This document shows positions 9,235-18,007 of a stretch of 64,000 nt of DNA, in pieces. The DNA is from Brevinematia bacterium (lineage in GTDB: Bacteria; Spirochaetota; Brevinematia; Brevinematales; JAOACQ01). Positions within the stretch are counted from its first letter, which is position 1; the number at the start of each line of letters is the position of its first letter. Under the pieces are notes generated by a model that was given only the letters and a program-made list of their open reading frames with translations, was not told where the DNA came from and ran no database searches. The DNA is taken from NCBI GenBank assembly GCA_049968515.1, contig JBMFQR010000003.1, positions 6,477 through 70,476 on the forward strand, in the 5' to 3' direction. The translations under genes and the position numbers were made by a program.

Positions 9235-9799
9235 TTCTTTTCACCTGTCTTATATACTCTGCGAGTCTTTTCCTTATCTTTGAGAGTATATTATCGACCT
9301 TTTTTATTGAGATTCCAAGTTCAGAAGCTATAGTCCTGTAGCTTTTACCTTCGAGAAACTTCTCTATAACACCCTGTTCAAGTTTTTCAAAACCCTTTAT
9401 AAAATCCATTATTCTATCGTTATAATCTTCTTCTATAGCTTTCAGTTCAGGACTTCTCAGCTCTATAAGCTCGTCAATTTTCTCATCTGAAGAGACTTCA
9501 TTAAGTTTGTATTTCCAGAAAGTATTGAGTGCATTTTTAATCTGATTTTCTATACACTTCTTTGAGTAAGTTGAAAATTTTATGCCAAGCCCCTCATTGA
9601 AGGTATGAATGGCTTTAAACAAACCAATCATACCCTCCTGTATTAAGTCTTCTCTCTCAAGGGAATTAAGTTTGTACTTTTTTATGATGTTCACCACCTT
9701 TTTTTTATACCTTTTATAAAATTCTCTTTCTGCTATCCTGTCATAAGGCAACAATGTAAAAAGCTCCTCATCCGTAAGAATTTCATAAAAGCTTCTCAA
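9209..9799 (-). CDS. Sigma-70 family RNA polymerase sigma factor, SigH-like
   Basis: 196 aa. TTG start at 9799 with a GGGAGA RBS (9810..9805). Region 2 is REDLIQEGMIGLFKAIHTFNE...FSTYSKKCIENQI. Region 4 HTH is SYRTIASELGISIKKVDNILSKIRKRL. Its 3' end overlaps the mlaE start by 26 nt. Confidence 0.8.
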   Translation of the reverse strand: MRSFYEILTDEELFTLLPYDRIAEREFYKRYKKKVVNIIKKYKLNSLEREDLIQEGMIGLFKAIHTFNEGLGIKFSTYSKKCIENQIKNALNTFWKYKLNEVSSDEKIDELIELRSPELKAIEEDYNDRIMDFIKGFEKLEQGVIEKFLEGKSYRTIASELGISIKKVDNILSKIRKRLAEYIRQVKRNESVWNNY

Positions 9800-9834
9800 A
9801 ACTTTCTCCCGTGGTGAAAAGTCTATTCTTAAAG

Positions 9835-9863
9835 AGTATAACTTTTTGGCAAAAAGTTGTCAA
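9835..9863 (-). promoter_or_regulatory. Consensus sigma-70 promoter for the sigma-mlaEFD-TPR operon
   Basis: On the minus strand: TTGACA (9863..9858), a 17-nt spacer, then TATACT (9840..9835), about 35 nt upstream of the TTG start. Confidence 0.55.
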
Positions 9864-9878
9864 AAAAGTTTCATCATA

Positions 9879-9896
9879 GACTGCCCTCTGGCAGTC
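9879..9896 (-). terminator. Perfect 7-bp hairpin (GACTGCC-N4-GGCAGTC), possible birA terminator
   Basis: The inverted repeat was read directly. On the minus strand a T6 run follows, but only after an 11-nt gap, so it is not a textbook intrinsic terminator. Confidence 0.3.
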
Positions 9897-10052
9897 TGTT
9901 GCTACGCTATCTCGCCGCTTAGAGATGAGAAGTTGAATTCTTTTTTCCCTTCACTAAGGTCTTGCTCATAAGTTTCAAACGGAAAAAGCACCTCCACACA
10001 TTCGACATCCTGTACAGATATAAAGAATAGCGGTAAAACAACAAAAAAACTT

Positions 10053-10985
10053 CTAACTTAAAAACTCACCTGAATAGAATGAAAGAGTTTCACTATCAGT
10101 TTCAATAACTATAGTGCCATCTGAACTGACATCGATGAATTTTCCAGTGATGGTATTTTCATGCACCCTGAATTTAACAATTTCACCCAAATTCTTCAAA
10201 TTTTTTTTCCATTCTGCAAAGATCTTTTCCCATTCTTTCTTGCCAGAGTAGAAATGGTAAAAATTCTTCAAGAATGAGGATAGCAAAAGATGTCTATCAA
10301 GCTCTTTGCCAGTTATTTCATGTAATGATATGGCATTTTGCAACCTGGAGATGGAGTTTACATTTATTCCCACTCCGATTATTAAACTCTTAAGAATTGC
10401 TTCCTCTGAAATCATTTCAGAAAGAATCCCACACAATTTCTTATTTTCATAATATAAGTCATTTGGCCATTTTATCTTAAGCTTTTCATTTTCTGGCAAA
10501 AATTTTAGAGTTTCATAGACTGCAAGGGAAGCCATAATTGTAAAGTTGTAGAAATATTTTATTTCTATAGCAGGATGAAGAATAAGTGAAAATGTGAGGT
10601 CTTTACCTTCACTGCTTTCCCAGACACGGTCGAACCTTCCTCTACCCTTTGTCTGTTTATCGGTTATGATAAGATAATCTCTATCATTTAAGTTTGCTAT
10701 GTTTCTCTTTGCATAGTCATTGGTGGAATCAACCTCTTTGAGATAAATAATTTCGCATGGAATATCAGAAAACTCACTATAAATAAGCTCTGAAATTAAT
10801 CTATCGGGGGGAAACTTCTTTATTCTATAGCCTTTACCGGCTACTGATTCTATTTCAAAACCATTCTCCTTTGCCATCTTCATGTGTTTCCAGACAGCAG
10901 TCCGGGAAATAGAGAGATTTTCTGAAATCTCTTCACCTGAGACAAAATCCTTTTTCTTCAAAAGATAGAGTAAAACCTTGTCCAT
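10053..10985 (-). CDS. birA: Bifunctional biotin-[acetyl-CoA-carboxylase] ligase / biotin operon repressor
   Basis: 310 aa. N-terminal winged HTH (LSISRTAVWKHMKMAKENGFEI), the biotin-binding loop TKGRGRFDRVWES, and a C-terminal SH3-like domain. Confidence 0.9.
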   Translation of the reverse strand: MDKVLLYLLKKKDFVSGEEISENLSISRTAVWKHMKMAKENGFEIESVAGKGYRIKKFPPDRLISELIYSEFSDIPCEIIYLKEVDSTNDYAKRNIANLNDRDYLIITDKQTKGRGRFDRVWESSEGKDLTFSLILHPAIEIKYFYNFTIMASLAVYETLKFLPENEKLKIKWPNDLYYENKKLCGILSEMISEEAILKSLIIGVGINVNSISRLQNAISLHEITGKELDRHLLLSSFLKNFYHFYSGKKEWEKIFAEWKKNLKNLGEIVKFRVHENTITGKFIDVSSDGTIVIETDSETLSFYSGEFLS

Positions 10986-10988
10986 CTT

Positions 10989-12128
10989 TTAGTACCATCT
11001 ACCCCTTGCTTTTCCGAGACCGGAAATTCTTAGAGGATTAACCGGCCTTCCAAACCTTCTTACCTCAAAATGAAGATGTGGTCCTGTTGATCTGCCACTG
11101 TTGCCTATTCTTCCGATATATTGACCTGCTCTTATCTTCTGACCTATTTTCACATTTATGCTTGAAAGGTGCCCGTAAAGAGTCTCAAAGCCAAATTGAT
11201 GTTTTATTACCACACATTTACCATAGCCACCATTCCATCCGGTATATGTTACAATTCCATCCTTTGAGCTATAAACAGGCGAACCATAACCTGCTGCAAT
11301 ATCTATACCAGTGTGATAACCCTTTTCTCCTGTAAAAGGATCCCTGCGAATACCAAAGCCGGAGGTATAAAAACCTCTAATTGGCTTTTGAAAAAAGTAG
11401 CCCAGTATTTTCTGTTTTTCTATTTCTGTAAGTCTAGCTCTCGGAAGAAAGAGAATTCTGCCCTCATAAAGCTCTTCCTCCTCAAGCTCATTTGCATCCT
11501 TTATATCATCAACAGAGATTTTATAATTTGCAGCTATCTTTTCAATTGTGTCATCCTTTTTTACTGTATAGATTATGCCTTCAATCGAAGGAATAAGAAG
11601 TTCCTTGCCCTCGGAAATATTGTGAGCATCAACCATTTTATTCAAGCTTATCAAAGTATCCATTGATACTCCGAGCTTTTCTGCAAGTTTATAGATGGAA
11701 TCCCCCTTCTGAACTTCATAAAAATAAAACTTAAGTGTATCTTTCTTTTCTATACAGGGTACTTCAGGCCCTCCAATACCACCTTCATTTTTCTCAAGCT
11801 CCTGATTAATCTTTGCCTTACCTACAAAAGAGGTGTCATAGATATTCTTTTTTCTTTCAGGCCTGGAAAAAACCAGCGACACACCCATAAAAATCATTAT
11901 GAAAATTGAAAGAATAACAGAGGTTTTAAAGAGATTTTTGAAATAGAGGACTCTAATACCATTAAGAGTTTGAAAAAGTTTTGAGAAAAAATTTAAACTC
12001 AATTTATTTCTTTTCCAGCCAAATGAATTAGTAGTATAATTTCTTTTGTTTATCTTATTAAATGTTTTTTTTAGTTCCTTTTCAAGCCTTTTCCACCTTT
12101 TTTCAAACAAATAATTATAATCTTTCAC
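10989..12128 (-). CDS. Membrane-anchored LysM-domain M23 metallopeptidase
   Basis: 379 aa. One TM segment and two LysM repeats (YEVQKGDSIYKLAEKLGVS.., YTVKKDDTIEKIAANYKIS..). M23 motifs HTGIDIAA and GPHLHFEV. Confidence 0.85.
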   Translation of the reverse strand: MKDYNYLFEKRWKRLEKELKKTFNKINKRNYTTNSFGWKRNKLSLNFFSKLFQTLNGIRVLYFKNLFKTSVILSIFIMIFMGVSLVFSRPERKKNIYDTSFVGKAKINQELEKNEGGIGGPEVPCIEKKDTLKFYFYEVQKGDSIYKLAEKLGVSMDTLISLNKMVDAHNISEGKELLIPSIEGIIYTVKKDDTIEKIAANYKISVDDIKDANELEEEELYEGRILFLPRARLTEIEKQKILGYFFQKPIRGFYTSGFGIRRDPFTGEKGYHTGIDIAAGYGSPVYSSKDGIVTYTGWNGGYGKCVVIKHQFGFETLYGHLSSINVKIGQKIRAGQYIGRIGNSGRSTGPHLHFEVRRFGRPVNPLRISGLGKARGRWY

Positions 12129-12144
12129 CAGGCCTCCAGAAAAA

Positions 12145-13011
12145 TCAGGATTTTAATGCTAAAAGCAGTTTGAAAAACTCAAAATGCTCTTTTACATCAT
12201 GAACCCTGAATATATTAGCCCCCTTAAAATATGCATATGCATTTACTGCAAGTGTGCCATATAGTCTTTCTTCAGGTGGTTTCACCTTCTCATTCATTTC
12301 ATCAGTCTCACCAAGAACCATACCTATCATTGACTTTCTTGAAACCCCTATAAGCAGGGGAAGATTTAGTTTTTTAAAATAATCCAGCTTTCTTAGCAGT
12401 TCAAGATTATGAATAAGTTTTTTACCAAAGCCTATCCCAACATCGAGTATCAGGTTTTCTCTTTTTAGTTTGGCCTTTATGGCTTTTTCTATTGAATTTT
12501 TGAAAAATTTAAAGACCTCGACTTTCACATTCTTATATTCCGGATTTTTCTGCATATTTTCCGGTTTGCCTTTAATATGTGTTATAACAGCAATGGCATT
12601 ATACCTGCTAACAATCTCCGGCATTCTTTCATCAAAGGTAAACCCACTTATATCGTTTATGATGTCAGCCCCGGCTTTCAAAGTTTCTTCTGCAACCCTT
12701 GATTTATATGTATCAACAGAAACAATCACATCAAACTCTTTACAAATTTTCTCTACAACTGGAATAACTCTCTCTATCTCCTCATTTTCAGAAACTGGCT
12801 TTGCACCGGGACGAGTTGATTCCCCACCAATGTCTATTATCTCTGCCCCATTTTTTACCATAAATTCGGCGTGTTTTAAGGCAGAATCAAAATCACTATA
12901 TCTACCACCATCAAAGAAAGAATCCTCAGTAACATTAAGAATTCCCATTAGGACAGGATGATCATAACATATTTTTTTGCCATTTCTGGTGGTCTGAGAA
13001 ATGATCTTCAC
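12145..13011 (-). CDS. folP: Dihydropteroate synthase
   Basis: 288 aa. MGILNVTEDSFFDGGRY, IIDIGGESTRPG, INDISG and LDVGIGFGK are classic pterin-binding DHPS motifs. Confidence 0.9.
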   Translation of the reverse strand: MKIISQTTRNGKKICYDHPVLMGILNVTEDSFFDGGRYSDFDSALKHAEFMVKNGAEIIDIGGESTRPGAKPVSENEEIERVIPVVEKICKEFDVIVSVDTYKSRVAEETLKAGADIINDISGFTFDERMPEIVSRYNAIAVITHIKGKPENMQKNPEYKNVKVEVFKFFKNSIEKAIKAKLKRENLILDVGIGFGKKLIHNLELLRKLDYFKKLNLPLLIGVSRKSMIGMVLGETDEMNEKVKPPEERLYGTLAVNAYAYFKGANIFRVHDVKEHFEFFKLLLALKS

Positions 13012-13012
13012 C

Positions 13013-13942
13013 TTATTTTACCCTCAACACTGTATAATCGTAAATTTTCCATTCGTCAAGAGAGTTTTTATAAAGCTTAAAAGTATACCTTAAAACATAG
13101 CTATATTCTCTAACTTTATATTCCACATCAGCATCAACAGTTGCCTCATTAGGTCTTACATAAGACTCAAGAACTTTATAGCTCAATATTCTATCCTGCC
13201 AGTGAGTTGTAAGATACTTCTTAAAGTCCTCAAGTATTTCAAGCTTGTATTTACCACCTCTTGCAGCTTCATAAGCCTTTCCATAATTCTGAAATGAATA
13301 TATAAGCCTTTCAACATCAAAATGCAATAAGAACCTATCCCAGTCTTTTTTCATTTTTGCATCAAGCATATTGTCAACAACCTCATAAGGCGGAAGTTTT
13401 TTAATATCCTCCAGTTCAATCTTTCTTTTTTTATCTCTTTCCTTAATTTCCTGCTCAACTACTGAAGGTGGCTTCAACAAAAATTTGTAATATTCAGATT
13501 CGATAAACTCAGTCTTCACATCAGGATCGGGATAGTACAGGATTTTTATATAATAGTATCCTTCTTTTCTGAAATCAAATATTCTGGAAAGGTCAATTTT
13601 TCTTGATATTGACTCTCCGGGGAGAAGCCTGATTTCTTTAACTTCGTCGTATGAGGATGCACTCTCATCAACTTTAAGTTTGTATTCATCCCTGTATTTA
13701 AGCAATTCATTCTCCGGAGTTCTTACCATAAAATAAAGAGATTCATAATCGAGTGGAGAAAGCTTCAATAATTTTTCGCCCTGAGATAAATTAACTATCT
13801 TTATCTCAATATCCACAGAGGAGCTTAACCTGAAGGTGTTTTTTTCAAAGTCAATAATCAGCTTAATATCTGAATTATCGAGCCCATAAATTCTTGCGAA
13901 AAATAACAGTGTTAAAACCAAAAAAAATTTTCTCATCTTCAT
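13013..13942 (-). CDS. Secreted hypothetical protein (no recognisable family)
   Basis: 309 aa with a signal peptide (MKMRKFFLVLTLLFFARIYG). 1-nt gap to folP downstream. Charged, Tyr/Lys-rich, with no motif I can name. Confidence 0.6.
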   Translation of the reverse strand: MKMRKFFLVLTLLFFARIYGLDNSDIKLIIDFEKNTFRLSSSVDIEIKIVNLSQGEKLLKLSPLDYESLYFMVRTPENELLKYRDEYKLKVDESASSYDEVKEIRLLPGESISRKIDLSRIFDFRKEGYYYIKILYYPDPDVKTEFIESEYYKFLLKPPSVVEQEIKERDKKRKIELEDIKKLPPYEVVDNMLDAKMKKDWDRFLLHFDVERLIYSFQNYGKAYEAARGGKYKLEILEDFKKYLTTHWQDRILSYKVLESYVRPNEATVDADVEYKVREYSYVLRYTFKLYKNSLDEWKIYDYTVLRVK

Positions 13943-14032
13943 AACCCCAAAAAATATAATAGCTTTATTATACTATCGGAATGTTGAAAATAAGTATTTA
14001 ATAATACCAGATTGGCGAAACTCACAACTTAA

Positions 14033-14061
14033 TTGAAATTTTAGTCTTTAAGTCATATAAT
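14033..14061 (+). promoter_or_regulatory. Consensus sigma-70 promoter for the GalT-like/AEC gene pair
   Basis: TTGAAA (14033..14038), a 17-nt spacer, then TATAAT (14056..14061). Confidence 0.5.
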
Positions 14062-14099
14062 ATAAACTTACTGTTTGTAAACCAATAGATGGAGTGTAT

Positions 14100-15437
14100 A
14101 TGCGAGACTATAGTCGTTTCTACCACAAGATGCCAGATGGAACATTGAAACAGATAAACCCATTTTCAGATACAGAGGTCTGGTGTGTTGAGGAAAGGAG
14201 AAAAGGACCTGCAATAAATGGGAACTCTATCGAAAAAGTTCCTTTTGTTCCGGCAGAAAATGAGGAATATTGCGATTTCTGTGAGAAAAACTTCTTAAAC
14301 TGCACACCTGAAAAGCTTAGGTATTTTAAGAATAAAGATAATGAGTGGGAGAAGTTATACTATCCGGATTATGAAGTTATATCTAATATCTTTCCCGAGT
14401 TTAAAACAGTAGGAAATCTTTTTGAAATAGTAACATACGACTACTGGAGAAAAAACTACAATTATGAACCGCCTGCTTACCTGAGAGAGTGGAGAGATAG
14501 TTACCTTTCCATACCGGATGGCTATCATCATGTAATGAATGTCCTTAAAATAAAGCTTGAAAGACTTGGTATAAACTTTGAAGATCTTTCTGAAAAAGAA
14601 AGACTAGAAAGGATAAATGCATTTTTCTTTGGTTCTCACGACCTTATAATTTCAAGAAGACATTATAAAAAAGGGGCAAGGTATAAACATGAACTTGCTT
14701 CTTCTGGAGAGCTCGGTGAAGAATACCATTTCTATTATACATCCATTACAATCGAGAACATTGAAAGGTTAATAAAGCAAAACCCATTCATAAGCTACAT
14801 AAGTGTATTCCAGAACTGGCTAAAACCAGCAGGTGCAAGCTTTGACCATCTACACAGACAGCTTGTCAGCCTTGATGAATGGGGAGTGCAGATGGAAAAA
14901 GAGATTGAAAAGCTTCACGAAAACTTAAACCTCTACAATGAGTTTGCAATAAACTTTTCTATCGATGAGGGGCTTCTTATAGCAGAAAATGACTATGCCA
15001 TTGCAGTCCCGGAAATAGGAAGCAATTTCCCAACAATTTCAATATATTCAAAAAGCAAAAACTGCCGTCCTTTCGAGCATACTCAGGAAGAAATAAGAGG
15101 TATAAGTGACCTTGTCTATGCAATTCATTATGTCATTACAAGTCAGACTACCTGTAATGAGGAATGGTATTACTCCCCTTTTGACTCAGTTCTTCCCTCT
15201 CCTTGGAGAATATCGATAAAAATCAGAGTTACAAACCCTGCTGGATTTGAAGGTAACACAAGAATATACATTAACCCAATAAGCCCTCTCAAACTCAAGG
15301 AAGAAATATGTGAGGCTCTCTTCTCCGCAAGGGAAAGGAATGGAATAAGCAAAAATATAAGGATTGACACAGAGGTTTCAAAAACATATGACCCACTGCA
15401 GTATTCAAAAAATACAATGATAGGGAGAATTAGATGA
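14100..15437 (+). CDS. GalT-like HIT-superfamily nucleotidyltransferase/phosphorylase homologue (DUF4921-like)
   Basis: ATG at 14100 lies 5 nt after GGAG (14091..14094). A CxxC motif (YCDFCEKN) and HxHxQ (FDHLHRQLV) resemble the galactose-1-P uridylyltransferase active site. About 445 aa. Confidence 0.7.
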   Translation: MRDYSRFYHKMPDGTLKQINPFSDTEVWCVEERRKGPAINGNSIEKVPFVPAENEEYCDFCEKNFLNCTPEKLRYFKNKDNEWEKLYYPDYEVISNIFPEFKTVGNLFEIVTYDYWRKNYNYEPPAYLREWRDSYLSIPDGYHHVMNVLKIKLERLGINFEDLSEKERLERINAFFFGSHDLIISRRHYKKGARYKHELASSGELGEEYHFYYTSITIENIERLIKQNPFISYISVFQNWLKPAGASFDHLHRQLVSLDEWGVQMEKEIEKLHENLNLYNEFAINFSIDEGLLIAENDYAIAVPEIGSNFPTISIYSKSKNCRPFEHTQEEIRGISDLVYAIHYVITSQTTCNEEWYYSPFDSVLPSPWRISIKIRVTNPAGFEGNTRIYINPISPLKLKEEICEALFSARERNGISKNIRIDTEVSKTYDPLQYSKNTMIGRIR

Positions 15438-16351
15438 TTTCCATATTTCTTAAGGTCATTATACCAGTGATAATAATCTTTCTTATAGGTTTTATATTCG
15501 GGAAAAAGTTTTCACCTGATCAGAAAAGCTTTTCGAGTGTATCAATCTACATACTTACCCCTTGTCTTGTTTTCATTTCACTTCTTGAATCAAATGAATT
15601 CTTTAAGATTTCAACATTGAAGATATTTACATCTGTAACAATCCTTATTATCATTACCTATATTCTTGTGGAATTAATATCGAGAATATTCAGGATAAAA
15701 AAGGAGTTAAAAACTATACTACTTCTCACTCTTATTCTACCAAATACTGGAAACTACGGGATGCCAGTAATCGAATATGCATTTGGCAAAGAGGCATTAC
15801 CCATTGCTTCAATTCTTTTAATAATCTACATTTTTTTCACCAATACTCTCGGAATTTACATTGCCTCAAATGAAAAAAATGACTATAAATCTGCTTTTAA
15901 GAACGTATTGAAGATACCAGTATTCTATGCGATGCTTCTTGCAATTATTTTAAGCTTTTTTAAGATTAAAGTTCCAGAACAACTTTTAGCACCAATAAGG
16001 TCAATTGGCTATTCTGCAATTCCGGTCAACCTTCTTCTTGTGGGAATAAATCTATCAAATGTAAAAATTGACAGAGGTGTCTTAAAGGTAGTTGTAATAA
16101 GCCTGATAAAGCTTATTGTTATACCAGTTGCAGGTTTTGTAATTCTAAAAATTTTTGGAATTGAGGGAATGGCTTTCAAGGTTAGCATAACACAGATCGC
16201 AATGCCATCTGCAATTTATTCTTCAATACTTGCCACTCATTTTGAGGGAAACGAAAAGCTTGCAAGTGAGGTTGTTCTAATTTCTCTGCTAATGAGCATG
16301 CTCACACTTCCAGCGGTAATATATCTACTCAACTTTACCCTGCTACCATAA
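15434..16351 (+). CDS. AEC (auxin efflux carrier) family transporter
   Basis: 305 aa, about 10 TM, with the two-halves architecture typical of the membrane transport protein family. The ATGA overlap with the upstream gene implies translational coupling. Confidence 0.8.
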   Translation: MISIFLKVIIPVIIIFLIGFIFGKKFSPDQKSFSSVSIYILTPCLVFISLLESNEFFKISTLKIFTSVTILIIITYILVELISRIFRIKKELKTILLLTLILPNTGNYGMPVIEYAFGKEALPIASILLIIYIFFTNTLGIYIASNEKNDYKSAFKNVLKIPVFYAMLLAIILSFFKIKVPEQLLAPIRSIGYSAIPVNLLLVGINLSNVKIDRGVLKVVVISLIKLIVIPVAGFVILKIFGIEGMAFKVSITQIAMPSAIYSSILATHFEGNEKLASEVVLISLLMSMLTLPAVIYLLNFTLLP

Positions 16352-16407
16352 AAACTGTTTTTGCTTACTTCATCCTTTGTTCCGAGTTGACCTTTTAAGT
16401 TGCAAAA

Positions 16408-17766
16408 TTATCCAAGCATAAAGTAAGCTATTGTCAGATAGATACCAGTTCCGATTATATCAGCAAGTGTTGTAATTAGTGGTGTGCTTGCAGTAGCCGG
16501 GTCTTTTTTCAGACCTACAAAAATAAATGGTAAAATAATTCCGATTAGAGAACCAATAACAACATTCACAAACATAGTTGTAACAACAACTTTTACTACA
16601 TTGGCTCCACCTCTTAGAAACCCCATAAATGAAATTCCAACACTCATTGTAATACCGAGCAGGGATGATACAAAAATCTCCTTCAGAAAAAGCCTTATCC
16701 AGTCTTTTGGATTGACAGTTCCAAGTGCCAGAGCCCTTATGGTGAGAGTTGCTGATTGAGAACCAGCATTTCCAGCCGTATCAACAAGAACCGGTAAAAA
16801 TGAAACGAGAACAACATATTTGCCAATAAGTATCTCAAAACTCTGGATAATTCCACCTGTAACAAGATCCATAATAAGCAATGCTACAAGCCAGAAAACT
16901 CTACTTCTGTATAACTTCGATATGGGTGATTTCAGAAGATCTGTGATAAACTCAATACCCACGTTTTCAGAACTAATAGCTGAAACCTTTGTGAAATCTT
17001 CAGTATCTTCTTCTTCCATAATCTCAACCATATCATCAATTGTGACAATTCCTAAGAGTATTCCATCTGCATCAACAACAGGTAAAACATTAAGTCTGTA
17101 ACGTTTCATAATTTTTACAGCATTTTCCTGATCCTCATTTACATTTATGGAAATAAACTTTCCATCCATTATGCTTTCTATTGAATTTTTGGGATTGGAA
17201 AGAATAAGACGCCTGATGGGAATATCATCTATAAGTTTATTTTTATCATCAATTATATATACCATATTTATTGTTTCTGCATCAATGCCCTTTTCCCTAA
17301 TATGTTTTATTGCCTCCTCTATTGTCATGCCGGGTTTCAAAGACACATAGTCCGGTGTCATTAACCTACCAACACTGTCTTCAGGATAGCCAAGAAGCTG
17401 TAATGCCTCTTTTCTATCCTCTGGAGGAAGTAAGTTAATAATTTTTTGTGTTACTTCAGGAGGCAATTCTTCAAAGAGCTCTGTCCTATCGTCAGGTGAT
17501 AATTCAAGGAAAATCTCTTTAATCTGAGCATTTGTTAGCTGAGAAAGTATTGACTCATGTTTTTCAGAATCAAGTTCGCTAAAAACCTCACTTGCTGTCG
17601 TCTTTGGAAGGAGTCTAAAAATAATGAAGGCTTCTTTTTCGTCAAGGCTTATTATAAGACTTGCTATATCCTGAGGCGGCCAGTCAGATATAACCTCTTT
17701 TAACATCCTCCATTGCTTTTCCTCTATAAGCTCTATTATTTCAGGTCTGAAAATCTCCTTTAACAT
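16408..17766 (-). CDS. mgtE: Magnesium transporter MgtE
   Basis: 452 aa. N-terminal MgtE_N domain, tandem CBS domains and a C-terminal 5-TM domain (PVLVDTAGNAGSQSATL). Confidence 0.9.
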   Translation of the reverse strand: MLKEIFRPEIIELIEEKQWRMLKEVISDWPPQDIASLIISLDEKEAFIIFRLLPKTTASEVFSELDSEKHESILSQLTNAQIKEIFLELSPDDRTELFEELPPEVTQKIINLLPPEDRKEALQLLGYPEDSVGRLMTPDYVSLKPGMTIEEAIKHIREKGIDAETINMVYIIDDKNKLIDDIPIRRLILSNPKNSIESIMDGKFISINVNEDQENAVKIMKRYRLNVLPVVDADGILLGIVTIDDMVEIMEEEDTEDFTKVSAISSENVGIEFITDLLKSPISKLYRSRVFWLVALLIMDLVTGGIIQSFEILIGKYVVLVSFLPVLVDTAGNAGSQSATLTIRALALGTVNPKDWIRLFLKEIFVSSLLGITMSVGISFMGFLRGGANVVKVVVTTMFVNVVIGSLIGIILPFIFVGLKKDPATASTPLITTLADIIGTGIYLTIAYFMLG

Positions 17767-17886
17767 ACTGGCCTCCTGAAAGAAAGAGAATGTAATAATC
17801 TCTTACATTGAGCTTCTCTTTAAGATTGAAGAAGGTTGCCTCTGCCGACTTCACAAGCCACCCATCTATTTATAAGAAGGTCAAAA

Positions 17887-17915
17887 ATTATAACATAATA
17901 ATATATTATTTGCAA
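17887..17915 (-). promoter_or_regulatory. Consensus sigma-70 promoter for mgtE
   Basis: On the minus strand: TTGCAA (17915..17910), a 17-nt spacer, then TATAAT (17892..17887). This predicts a 5' UTR of about 113 nt. Confidence 0.55.
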
Positions 17916-17939
17916 AAAAATAAAAAAATTATTTAAAAC

Positions 17940-17953
17940 TGACCATTCGGTCA
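17940..17953 (-). terminator. Weak intrinsic terminator candidate after gltX
   Basis: TGACC-GAAT-GGTCA hairpin, followed on the minus strand by GTTTTAAATAATTTTTTTATTTTTTT. Confidence 0.3.
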
Positions 17954-18007
17954 ATAAAGAAACAAAAAAATATAGACGCTTGACAATGTCATACAATACA
18001 AATATAT

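Noticed and set aside
12470-12961. Long antisense ORF (163 aa) opposite folP. Similar shadow ORFs occur at 4934..5332, 8639..8992, 16484..17350, 18051..19359, 28543..28964, 57423..58748 and elsewhere.
   Set aside because: All lie fully inside well-supported genes on the other strand. They are Ser/Leu/Phe-rich low-complexity translations with no RBS and no recognisable motifs, which is typical of frame -1 shadow ORFs.
17767-17880. M-box (ykoK) Mg2+ riboswitch upstream of mgtE
   Set aside because: The expected association prompted a search, but the leader is only ~113 nt against ~160 nt for an M-box, and I could not find the conserved M-box core sequences. It is reported only as an unclassified structured leader.
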